Assembly: GCF_009914755.1 (NCBI RefSeq)
Contig: NC_060930.1
Strand: one strand, 5' to 3'
Length of the DNA: 64,000 nucleotides
Source of the DNA: the human T2T-CHM13v2.0 reference genome, Homo sapiens
Positions within the stretch are counted from its first letter, which is position 1; each line of letters opens with the position of its first letter. Below are positions 1 through 10,985 of the stretch, piece after piece. The position numbers were made by a program, and so were the translations under genes. The notes under the pieces were generated by a model that was not told the origin of the DNA, did not search any database, and saw nothing but the letters and a program-made list of their open reading frames with translations.

Positions 1-205
1 GACTGAGCCCCAGTGTGTACTGAGGACTTCAGTCAGCAACCGCATCCCACTGTCAGCTCACCAGTGAGGACAGCTGTGCTATAGCCACACAGGATGTCAA
101 GAATAAGGGAAATTGGGGTGTGGAGAGGGGTACATGGGAACGCTGTACTTTCTGCACAATTTTTTCTGTGAACCTAAAACTGCTCAAAAAAATAAAGCCT
201 ATTAG
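1..205 (+). mobile_element. Old L1 (L1MC/L1MD-type) 3' end fragment
   Basis: gggaacgctgtactttctgcacaattttttctgtgaacctaaaactgctcaaaaaaataaa resembles the L1MC/MD 3' terminus with its polyA signal. Confidence 0.7.
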
Positions 206-284
206 AAAAATGGGAGTAGGATGTTGTACTTTTAGCTACCAAGGGTGTTTGTCCCTGTGAGTAAGAGTTAGGGAGGGAGGAATT

Positions 285-512
285 GGCTGGGTGTGGAGGC
301 TCACGCCTGTAATCTCAGCACTTGGGAGGCGGAGGCAGATGGATTGCTTGAGCCCAGGAGTTTGAGACCAGCCTGGTAAACATGGTGAGACCCCATCTCT
401 ACAAAAAAAAAAAAATACAAAAATTAGCAGGGCGTGGTGGCTCACACCTGTAGACCCAGCTACTCGGGAGGCTGAGGTGTCTGTCACTGCACTCCAGGTT
501 GGGCGACAGAGC
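285..512 (+). mobile_element. AluJ-like SINE, 5' part (right arm internally deleted, interrupted by an LTR)
   Basis: ggctgggtgtggaggctcacgcctgtaatctcagcac...ttgagcccaggagtttgagacc, A-rich linker, ends ...gggcgacagagc; right arm jumps from gaggctgaggtg to tcactgcactcc. Confidence 0.93.
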
Positions 513-1050
513 TGCCAGGAGAGGTGTCAGAGCCCCAGCATCAGAAAAACAGTCAGCTCACGGGTGGTAGGTAGTAAGAAGAATTTATGGACAATGGCAT
601 AGGTTTGAAAAAGGAGAAAAAGAACGCTGCAGAGGAGTGCAGTGAGTGTCTCAGTGAGGGGACGGAGCGTGTGATGGTCGATTTTTCTTAGGGGCATTTA
701 TGGACCTTAAAGCAGGAGCTGAGGGCAATTTGGGCCACACTAGCCATGGAGGTCATGATAAACTGAGGGTAATTTGGGCCACACTAGCCACGGAGGTCGT
801 GATAAATGACTACATCTTTAGAGGTTCTGTTGCCCTGACGTCAGCAAGGGATGCCCAGTGAGTTTCAACATGCATGCGTTCCAGAGATGTATAGAAACCC
901 TAGTTACTGATGACTTGTTGGAAAGAGGCTTGGAACCAGATGCTGGCTTTAGATAATAGGGAAGCCTAACGGCTTCTGAATTTCTCAGATAAGGAGTGCT
1001 GTCTCTGGATGGCCTGCTTGATGCCCACCAGGCGATCTTTGCTCTCCTCA
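513..1050 (-). mobile_element. Solo LTR, ERVL class (LTR47-like), inserted into the Alu
   Basis: TG...CA termini; perfect 5-bp TSD agagc (508-512 and 1051-1055); minus strand starts tgaggagagcaaagatcgcctggtg. Family name is from memory. Confidence 0.8.
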
Positions 1051-1055
1051 AGAGC

Positions 1056-1108
1056 CAGATCTTGTCTCAAAAAAAAAAAAAAAAAAAAAAACAACAACAA
1101 CAAAAAAA
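1056..1108 (+). mobile_element. 3' end and A-tail of the interrupted Alu
   Basis: cagatcttgtctc followed by poly-A/(AAC)n completes the Alu broken at 512. Confidence 0.9.
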
Positions 1109-1795
1109 GGGTGGGGTGGGGGAGGAGTAGAGACGGGACATTTTGAAGACTTGAAGATGAGTTAATAGACAGTGATGGGGCTGTCTGAGGGTTTTTCCTG
1201 ATGGTTGCTCCCTGGGCCATAGGCAGGTTCCAGCCAGGCAGAGGGAGCCCAGGCAGGCGGCACCCTTGCTCCAGGGGTGGAAGGAGGTGTGAATGGCAGA
1301 GGCTGCATGCTTCAGCTGGGGCTGATCTCTGTGGGAGGGAGGACACGTGAAGGAAGGAGGGGCAGGAATGGAGGACGGAGGAGGGACGAGGGTGGGGCTG
1401 TGCCAGACACTCCATGCGGGTGCTGGGTCAGGTCTGGTGGCTCCTGGGAGAAAATTTCCCCCTTTCATTTTCAAAAGATGACATCAAAACAACTTAAAGT
1501 CTTTCCAAACACAGTTCCCTGCACCCACCACTGAAGGCCATGATATAAGGAAGAACATATGAAGGAAACATGTTCCTCTCACGCATCCCTAACAAGCAGG
1601 CTGTAGGAGCTCGTCTGTTGTGAGATGGAGCAGGTCCTGAAGTCATTCCTGATGGCTGGAATTTTCACAAAAGTTTCTCACAGCATAGCACTAACAATCC
1701 AGTAATTTGAAAAATGATGAGTTATTTCCTCAACAATTTGCAAAGGTCAGAATTATTATTTCTTTGCCATTCTTTTGGTAACAAAAGTTTTCTTA

Positions 1796-2452
<657 letters not shown>

Positions 2453-3512
2453 TTATTTGCCTAATAATCTCTGAGAATATTTCATGCTGACCTTTCTTAA
2501 CAATAAATGTGGAAGCTGGTGGGGGTTTGAGAGAACTCTCTTCCTAGCATTGGGTCAGGTTGACACAGTCAGGATGTGGAGTGTCCTGGTGATATCTGCC
2601 TGCTTATATTTATATTACCCACCTGCAGTTTGTCCCAAATGCTGTCAGCATAAGCCAGTTCCCTTGGTGACTGAGAGAGGCTTTGAATATTTGGAAAACA
2701 TCCAGCCATGTATTTCTGTTCCCAGGAAATATGTAACAAGTGTTTTCACCATTTCTTCATTGCACTAGGTCTGGAAGATTAAAAATTTTGTGTGAGTTTA
2801 ACATTTAGTAACAGAATGTGAGCAGTGTTTTCTTTCTAATTACTAATTTGTTAATCTCACCTCAAAATTTAACTGTTAAGCAGACATTTAAACAAATCAA
2901 AATTAACATTTAAGCAAATCAAACTTAAGATTAAGATTTTAAATCTTAAATGAAGCAAGATTTTGCAAACTAATTTTGATTAGTAAAGTAAAAAATATTT
3001 TTATTAACTACAGCAACCTTCTGAGTCTTTGCAAATATTGTCTTGAAAGGTAGAGGCATGCCTCTAGAACACTGCACAAAGATAATTTTCGTAGTGATCC
3101 AGCTTTGAAAAGGCTCTCACATTTTCCCCGGTGTTCTTGAGGAAGAGAGAGAGGGAGGGAGGGAAGGAGGATTATAGGAGCTCTGGGACCCTTAGGGCCA
3201 GTTCACTCTGTGGGACATGGGCCAGGTTCAGTGATGGTCCACTTTGTCTGGAGCCATGAGCTTCAGGAGACCGCCCTCCTCATGTGTCCAAGGCCCGTGG
3301 AGGGGAGTTGCTCAGGGTGGTAGTAGGCGCCTTGGCCAGCCTCCAGCAGACAGCTAGGGTGTGTCTTAAACTGGAGAGAGAGGGGGTTACACTTCTAATT
3401 CCAAAAAGTCAATAAACAATGCCCCTTCCTTGAGTGTTCCAGGGGACACCTGGCCTTGTGCGGAGGGCTTGGCTTTTTGCCTCACAGACACAAGCCACAG
3501 CAAGTTGCCCAC

Positions 3513-3965
3513 GACATCAGTTTCTTAAGGGCTGCGATGACAAAAAGTCACAAAACTGACAGCTTAAAACAGTGGAACTCTACTGTCCCACAGCTCTGGA
3601 GGCTGGAGCCCAAAGCCACGGTGTGGGCAGGACTGTGCTCCCCGAAGTCTCTGGAGAGGATCCTTCTTACCTCTTCCTGGTTCCTGGCGTTGCTGGTGAT
3701 GCTTGGTCCTCTCTGGCTTGCAGACATGTTGGTCCAAGCTCCGCCTTCCCATCACGGGTGGTCCTCTCTGTGAGTCTCTGTCTCGTTTCCTCTCTAATAA
3801 GGACACCATCATATTGAATTAAGGACCCACCCTATTCCAGGTGGCCTCGTCTTAACTAATTACATCTCTGAAATGACCCCATTTCCAAGCAAGGACACAT
3901 CCTGAAGTCCTGGGGGTTAGGACATCAGCTCTTTTGGGAGAGGACAGAGTTCAACCTGTATGATA
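3513..3965 (-). mobile_element. MLT1 (MLT1C-like) ERVL-MaLR solo LTR
   Basis: cacagctctggaggctggag...taaggacaccatcatattgaattaaggacccaccct...gggttaggacatc is typical reverse-complement MLT1. Confidence 0.85.
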
Positions 3966-5632
3966 CATCCCTAGGACAAGTGATTCTTTATTTCGAGATT
4001 GGGGCTGCTGTCACCAGGACCAGGGTCAAAGGGAGGAAGAGCAGAGCAGAGGGAGAGAGGAAAGACCGTTTTCCAGGCTAATGTGATGCGTGCTGCTTGT
4101 TTCTAGGGTAAATGCAGGAGTTCGTAGCACTGATCCACGGGTGGAGGGCCCTGGGTTCTCCCAGAGTAGATCGACTTTCTGGCCATATTTTCTAGGAACA
4201 TACCTGCCTTCTGACCCACCTGAGCCAAGATATTCACTGTAAGAAGACTCCGCCGCCAGCCGATGGCACTCAGGCCTAACAGGCAGCTGGCCCTGCATCG
4301 GTGACGAGGGACGCCTCACTTTACCTTTTCTATGGGCCCCATAAGCCATGTAGGGTGACAGTTCCAGCTCAGCAGCAAAGTGACATTATCAACGCCATCA
4401 AATACTGTTAAGTGCTCTTGTTCCAGTGGAAAGAGCTCAAAGTGAAATTTAAGCACCGCATTAGGGAGATGAAGCCAAGCTTTCCACATGCCCAAGGTGG
4501 AGTGACTGGGAAGGATGGAGACCCCACTGAATTGTCTTTCTATCAAATAAAGAATAGCAGGAAGTGGGAACCAGTGTCTGAGGTTTCGCTGAGCTCGGAA
4601 TCAAGCCAGATGGAAATTGTCTCTATGCTGAGATCTAGAGTGGGGAGATTTCAGTAACGCAGCCTTGGGAAGTCAGCAAGTGCCCAGGTAACAGATATGC
4701 AGTCACTCAGCTGCAAAGCTTTAAGAACACTGTCTGTGATAGACGGGCACCTCCGTAGTATATGCACCGTGCCTTTCTGGCTACCTCTAGTATAATGACT
4801 ATATTTTACTTTTTTTAATTGATGGAGCTAAGTTTTTAAGATGTGCTATGTTGCACAGTGATGCCTTCAGGATGAATAAGGTGCCTGTCACTGAATGCTC
4901 CCACCCTAAGGGCTCCAGATGCTGTTACATGAACAAAAATTCCTATTATCTTTCATTTTAACTTTCTTCTCCATTCATTGTCAGCCCATCAGTTATCACT
5001 TCTTGACATGATCAATATTTCTTCTCTTGCCCCCTTAATTTCCTTTTTCCAGTCTGCCATGGCAAAGCAGCTCAAGAAAGGCTGTAAGAATGGAACCTTA
5101 GGTAATGGTCAGCTGGCTCTGCATAAATGGCCAGCCATTGCTAGCTGAGGAAAATGAATGACTTTTGTACATGAAGTTTGGGGCCTTTAGAAAAATTATT
5201 CAGGGAGATCTTTTCAGCCCACTTCTTAATTCTTTGTTGTGTTATGGACAGCTGAGCTTCTCCAAGAAGGGACTTTCAGATAGGATACATGTCACCTACA
5301 GTGTCTCAAAAAAGACTCAAATCCAACCTGTTATGAAATGCAGGATTTAAGCAAGTGAGCAATAAAATGAATTTAAAGAATGATGTCTCAGTAAAAGCCA
5401 GACATTTTTATAACAGATTATTATATCCCAGTGACTTAGACTTCCCAATTACTGTGGTTAAAAATTAAAATTTTATATTGTTTTCTATTTAATAACTCTG
5501 TAAACTTTATACAGCGTGACTAAGTGTCATACTCAGATGTCGTCATACTTAGGAAGGTGTGTTTGGGAAAACAGAATGCAATTTTGGGTGAGGTTAAGCA
5601 TTTTCCCATCCAAATCCTACATCAAATTGAAG

Positions 5633-5770
5633 ATTCATTCAATTCAATCAACAATTATTTATTGAGTACTCACTGTTTGCCACCGTGTCCCCAGCAAAAG
5701 GGGCAATATCTGGACCCCAGACCATACACATTTGAATGACAGAAGGTTGGCATAGATGAACTAACGAATG
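5633..5770 (-). mobile_element. L2 3' end remnant
   Basis: attcattcaattcaatcaacaattatttattgagtactcactgt matches the L2 tail in antisense. Confidence 0.6.
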
Positions 5771-5899
5771 TATTATTGATAAATTGTGATGCTGGGAGGA
5801 AAATTGGTAGAAAGTTACGATGGAAAGTAACTGTTGGAACTTACTTAGATTTGTTGTAGAAAATGGGTGTTTGACTCTGGCTGTGAATGAGTTCACCAG

Positions 5900-6498
5900 T
5901 CTAATCAACATGAAATTGTGTAGACCACTCTCATAGAGGACCAAAGACCCCGGATCTAATCAATATGAAACTGTGTAGACCACTCTCATAGAGGACCACA
6001 GACCCCGGATCTAATCAATATGAAACTGTGTAGACCACTCTTGTAGAGGACCACAGAACCCGGATCTAATCAACATGAAATTGCATAGACTACTCTCTAG
6101 AGGACCACAGAACCCTGGAGTCTAATCAATGTGAAATTGTGTAGACCATTCTCTAGAGGACCACAGACCCCAGATCTAATCAATATGAAATTGTGCAGAC
6201 CGCTCTCATAGAGGACCACAGACCCTGGATCTAATCAACATGAAATTGTGTAGACTGCTCTCTAGAGCACCACAGACCCCGGATCTAATCATCATGAAAT
6301 CGTGTAGACCACTCTCATAGAGGACCACAGACCCCGGATCTAATCAATATGAAATCGTGTAGACTGCTCTCTAGAGGACCACAGACCCTTGATCTAATCA
6401 ATATGAAATGGTGTAGACCGTTCTCTAGAGGACCACAGACCCTGGATCTAATCAATATGAAATCATATAGACCACTCTCTAGAGAACTACATACCCGA
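5900..6498. repeat. Minisatellite, 11 copies of a 54-56 bp unit
   Basis: Unit tctaatcaatatgaaattgtgtagaccactctc(a)tagaggaccacagaccccgga starts at 5900, 5955, 6010, 6065, 6121, 6175, 6230, 6284, 6339, 6393, 6447. Confidence 0.98.
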
Positions 6499-7292
6499 GA
6501 GTCCGGTCTCTTTCCTGCGGGCCTCCAGCAGACATCAGTCCAGCCCCAGGAAAGGCTGGTCACCAGGAACCACTGAGGGGCTCAATCCATGGAGGTCAAC
6601 AGGGAAGAAGCCAGGATGAGTCAGTTTTCTAAATTCAGTGACGGGGCGACCAGTAGACAGCCATTTGCTGATGTGAGGAACACATGAGGAATACCAGGTG
6701 GATGAGCATTCCAAGATTGGAGTTCACCTTGGTTTATGTTACTTTTAAGACATTTGTGAGATATCCAATAACTCAACTAGAGGCAGCGTTCAATGTTCTG
6801 GGTGGACCCCTGGACCACATACATTTTGATGGGAGAAGGTTGGTAGTAAGGGCCTGGCTGGGGAGGCCTCATCACCCCACGACTGTTCCCTCCATGTGGC
6901 CAATATGGCAGTGGAGGTGGCTGCTACCCCTCAGATGTTCCCTGAGGAGCCATCAAAGGGGGCAGAAGAGGCAGGGAAGCTTCTGGAAGGAGAGGACTTA
7001 GGCTCTCAGGGTGAGTGGGAATCGCCGGGCCTCGGGGGAGTGAGGGGGACAGTGGTTCACAGACATGGGAGTCCTGTGGAAGGTGTCTCGAGGGGATGCC
7101 TATGCAGTCAAAGAGGGAGGGGTCTGTTCAGTTCCTGGGGTTTGTGGAACTTTCCCTAAACCCTGGCTTCAAAATGAAGGGGGTTTGACCGGATGTGATG
7201 GAAAGAGAAAAGCTCTGGTTTAAACCTCCAGTTGTGACAGATGATAAAGAGGCAGGCGAGACGGTGGAGGGAGCAGTCAGAGCTGTCCCTCT

Positions 7293-7482
7293 GTGGCTGA
7301 ACTGTCCTAACCCCTGGGACCTCAGGATGCAGCCTTGTTTGGAAATAGGGCCTTTAACGAGGTGATTAAGGGGAAATGAGGTCCTTCAGATGGGTCCTAG
7401 TCCAATGACTATCATAACTTATAAAACACTATATAATTTATAATGAATAATCCTATACAATTATAAAAGAGGAGGTTTGGAC
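7293..7482 (+). mobile_element. MLT1B-like LTR 5' fragment
   Basis: ccttgtttggaaatagggcctttaacgaggtgattaag...atgaggtc...gggtcctagtccaatgact...ttataaaagaggagg. Confidence 0.7.
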
Positions 7483-7582
7483 CACACACACATAAGTGCA
7501 CACACATGTACATGCATATGAGCACATAAGCACACCCATGTGTACACACAACAACCGTGTGTGTGTACATACACACACACAG
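7483..7582. repeat. Imperfect (CA)n/(CATG) microsatellite
   Basis: cacacacacataagtgcacacacatgtacatgcatatg... Confidence 0.9.
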
Positions 7583-7669
7583 AGACACCTGCTACAGACT
7601 CTCCTCCTGCCAGACTGAGATGCAACCGCCCTCAATGAAGTGTCTGTAAGAACCCTGCAGTACATGAAA

Positions 7670-8870
7670 AGAATTACTAACTATGCCCATTCTAGGATTA
7701 TCTATGTGGCTTAATATTGGGAAATCCCTTAATCGAATACGGTTTCTCAACAGAGCAAAGGATTAAAGTTATAGGGTGTTTTGACAGTTGCTCTAAAATT
7801 ACTTGTAAGAGCTCCCAATATTTTCATGACAGAAATATTTGATAGAGTTGGAATAGAATGATGCTTTCCTAAACAGAAGATTCTTTCAACCAACAAACAT
7901 CATTCTTGACAGGAAGACACTGGCCATAGACCCATTAAAGTCAAAATAGTGTGCCCCTGACTCTTACTGGTATATTACATTGTTCTGGAACTTTTAGAAA
8001 CACCATAAAATATGAAAAAGAAGTTATTGGCACTACTGTTAATAAGGAAGACACAAAAATATAACTGATTGCAGGTGATATAATCATTTATTTAAATAAA
8101 AACCTAAATATGGTAAGGAGTTCAATCCTTAAAAAAAATAATTCATAGGTATACTGAATTTCTAACTAAAATGTCCAATTAAAACATTTAACGATGAACA
8201 CACAGATGAAAATAGCCAAGGAAGTGCTGGAGGAGGTGGACAGGGCACAACATCAGCAGAGGACAGACAGATGGGGCGGCGGCTGACTGGCAGAAGGTGC
8301 AGGTCCCGAGGTCAACGAATCCACTGTGTGGAAGGTCATGATGGGCGAAGCATTCAGAAGGGGGTCATGCAACAGACAGTGCCAGGAGGCCCACTGAGGG
8401 TAAGAAGAACTTAGATTCTTACTTCTCGCTATACACTAAAATAATTCCCATCGTAGTCAAAGAGTTAAAGATGTAAAAAGTAAGCCACAGAACAATGAAA
8501 GGTAGTTAGGAGCACTAGACATTGTTCAAGGCCTTAACACACATTCACCTGGATATTTCCATGGAATGCTTCTTGCATTGCTGTTTTTATGATTATAGAG
8601 GTAGAGAAAATATTGACAACCAACAATGGAGAATTGGTTTTAAAGTACTACTTTGCATCAAGATGATAGAATATTTTTGTAGATTGTAAAAACTGTATTT
8701 TATAACCTTGTTTTCACATGGGAAATTTTTATTTTATGAAAGTACAGGATATAAAAGTATCATACAACCCAAATTTTATGTTTAATAAGTGGAAAGAAAT
8801 ACATTAAAGTGTTAGCAGTCATGATCAGAACATAGAATTTTGTTTTCTGTGTTACTTTTATAACAAAGGA
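7670..8870 (+). mobile_element. Highly decayed L1ME-type LINE fragments
   Basis: A-rich, with L1-like phrases (attgttctggaacttttag, cttagattcttacttctcgctatacactaaaataattcc, ggaaagaaatacattaaagtgttagcagt); boundaries are approximate. Confidence 0.5.
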
Positions 8871-9996
8871 AAGTCCTGAAGTCAAATCGGCCTCCTTCCC
8901 ATTAAGGTGTTGAAAGTTTCCTTAGGGCTTAAATGGATGACTGATGGCCTTGGATCTAGAATTCTCTACGTGTGTGTGGACCAAACAATTGCTGTCAAAT
9001 GGAAATGTGGGTATTGACTTAGAGACCTTTCTATGTGATTTCTGCCGAACCATGGCTACAGCAAACCTGTGACAACTGTGTGCACATCACTGTGCCGAGA
9101 CTCGACTCAGAAAATTGGGCAGTGCCTGATCCCGATAACCAGGGCACCTGCCACAGCCCTGCCACGGCTCTGGGATGTGTGCTCTGCCAGCTTTTGCCTG
9201 TAAGTGACCAACAGAGGGTTGCCCGAGCTTGTGAGGAGTGCAGTGTTTAACCTCATCAGCAGGAACACTGGCGAGTGATTCTTATTTACCAGTAGAGATT
9301 TCCATCTCTCAAAATTTTGTATTTATGCAGATTTATTTACAGTTTTGCATAAGCCACAAGATCTGCTTGGATCCCAGAACGACTTCTGTTCATTGTGGCA
9401 GGAAAGGAAGCCTTTAGACCCATGATGTGGGGTGTGTCAGAGGAGTGCAGAGACACACACATCATTCTCAACCTTCGCTGAGGCCTTTTACGTTTTATCT
9501 TTTTTCACCCTGAACAAAAGTGAGTTTGATAGAAGATACAGAGAAGATCTGTTAAAGATGAAACAGAGTAAAATAACAACAAGAACCAGCCCTAAACCAA
9601 GACCTCATAACATCGGTGCAAAAACCAGATGAGAGAAACATACAGCGCGTGGTCACAATGCCCCAGCAGCAAGTGTCTCGGTGCCATTTGGACAATTTCA
9701 TGTCAATTTCATATCATCTCCAAAATGGGAAGAATTGCCCTTGGTATGAGAGAGTCCATGTCTCCAGTGAAGGAAGATGGCTGGCAGACACTGCATTCTG
9801 GGGAAGGACAGGTACCGCTGCGCTCCCGGAGAATGGGATGGGGAATCATTTCAAGACGTCTAACCTGGTGATGATACTGGGAATAACTGTTCTCTGGAAG
9901 TGTTGTGTTTGTCTTCCTGTTTGCCACCTTGTGATCCAGGAGACCAGGTCAGGAAAAGAGAGCGAGAGACAAAGACTGATGGGCAGCCTGCAGGGC

Positions 9997-10464
9997 CCAT
10001 CCACCCATCTACCCACTCATCTATCCACTAATCTACCCATCCATGTATCCACCCGTCCACCCACCTACCATCCATCCACCCATCCATCCATCCATCCACC
10101 CATCCATCCATCCATCCACCCACCCACCTATTCACTCATCTACCCATCTAGGCACCCATCTATCCACCCACCCTTCCATCCACCCATCTGTCTACCCACC
10201 CACCGACCCATCCACCTATTCATCCATCCATCCATCCATCCATCCATCCATCCATCCATCCACCCACCCACCCATCCATCCACCCATCTGTCTACCCACC
10301 CACCGACCCATCCACCTATTCATCCATCCATCCATCCATCCATCCATCCATCCATCCATCCACCCACCCACCCATCCATGCATCCACCCATCCATCTATC
10401 CACCCATCCACCTATTCATCCATCCATCCATCCATCCATCCATCCATCCATCCATCCATCCATC
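9997..10464. repeat. (CCAT)n/(CCAC)n tetranucleotide microsatellite
   Basis: Long run of ccatccatcc... with cacc and ctat variants. Confidence 0.98.
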
Positions 10465-10985
10465 TATTATATGTCATCTATCTACCTATCATATATAATC
10501 TATGCATCAATCTATCATGTGTCTTCTATTATCTCACCTACCTATTCATCTATCATATATCATCTATTCATCTAGTCACCTATCCATCTATCATATGTCA
10601 TGTATCTATGCAATTATGTATCCTATGCCATTTTTTCATCTATATCATATGTCATTTATCATCTATCTCTTATATGTCATCTGTCTGTCTAACCATCTAT
10701 AATATGCCATTTATCTATCTATCAATCATATGCCACCTGTCTATCATACACTGTTTTTAAAATCTATCTGTCTATCATATACCATCTGTCTATCATATGC
10801 CATCTGTCTATCATATACCATCTATTATATACCATCTGTCTATCGTATACCATCTGTCTATCATATGCCACCTATCATATACCATTTTAAAAATCTGTCT
10901 GTCATATACCATCTGTCTATCATATGCCATCTGTCTATCATACACCATCTGTCTATCATACGCCATGTGTCTATCATCTGTCTCT
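10465..10985. repeat. (TCTA)-derived low-complexity repeat grading into an ~18-bp unit (ccatctgtctatcatata/g)
   Basis: Repeated ccatctgtctatcatat from ~10730 to 10980. Confidence 0.92.

Noticed and set aside
5900-6498. Regularly spaced repeat resembling a CRISPR array
   Set aside because: Units are contiguous with no unique spacers, no cas genes, and the DNA is primate; it is a minisatellite
9616-10575. 319-aa ORF, the longest in the track
   Set aside because: Two thirds is a translation of (CCAT)n (HPSI repeats); non-ATG start; no domain
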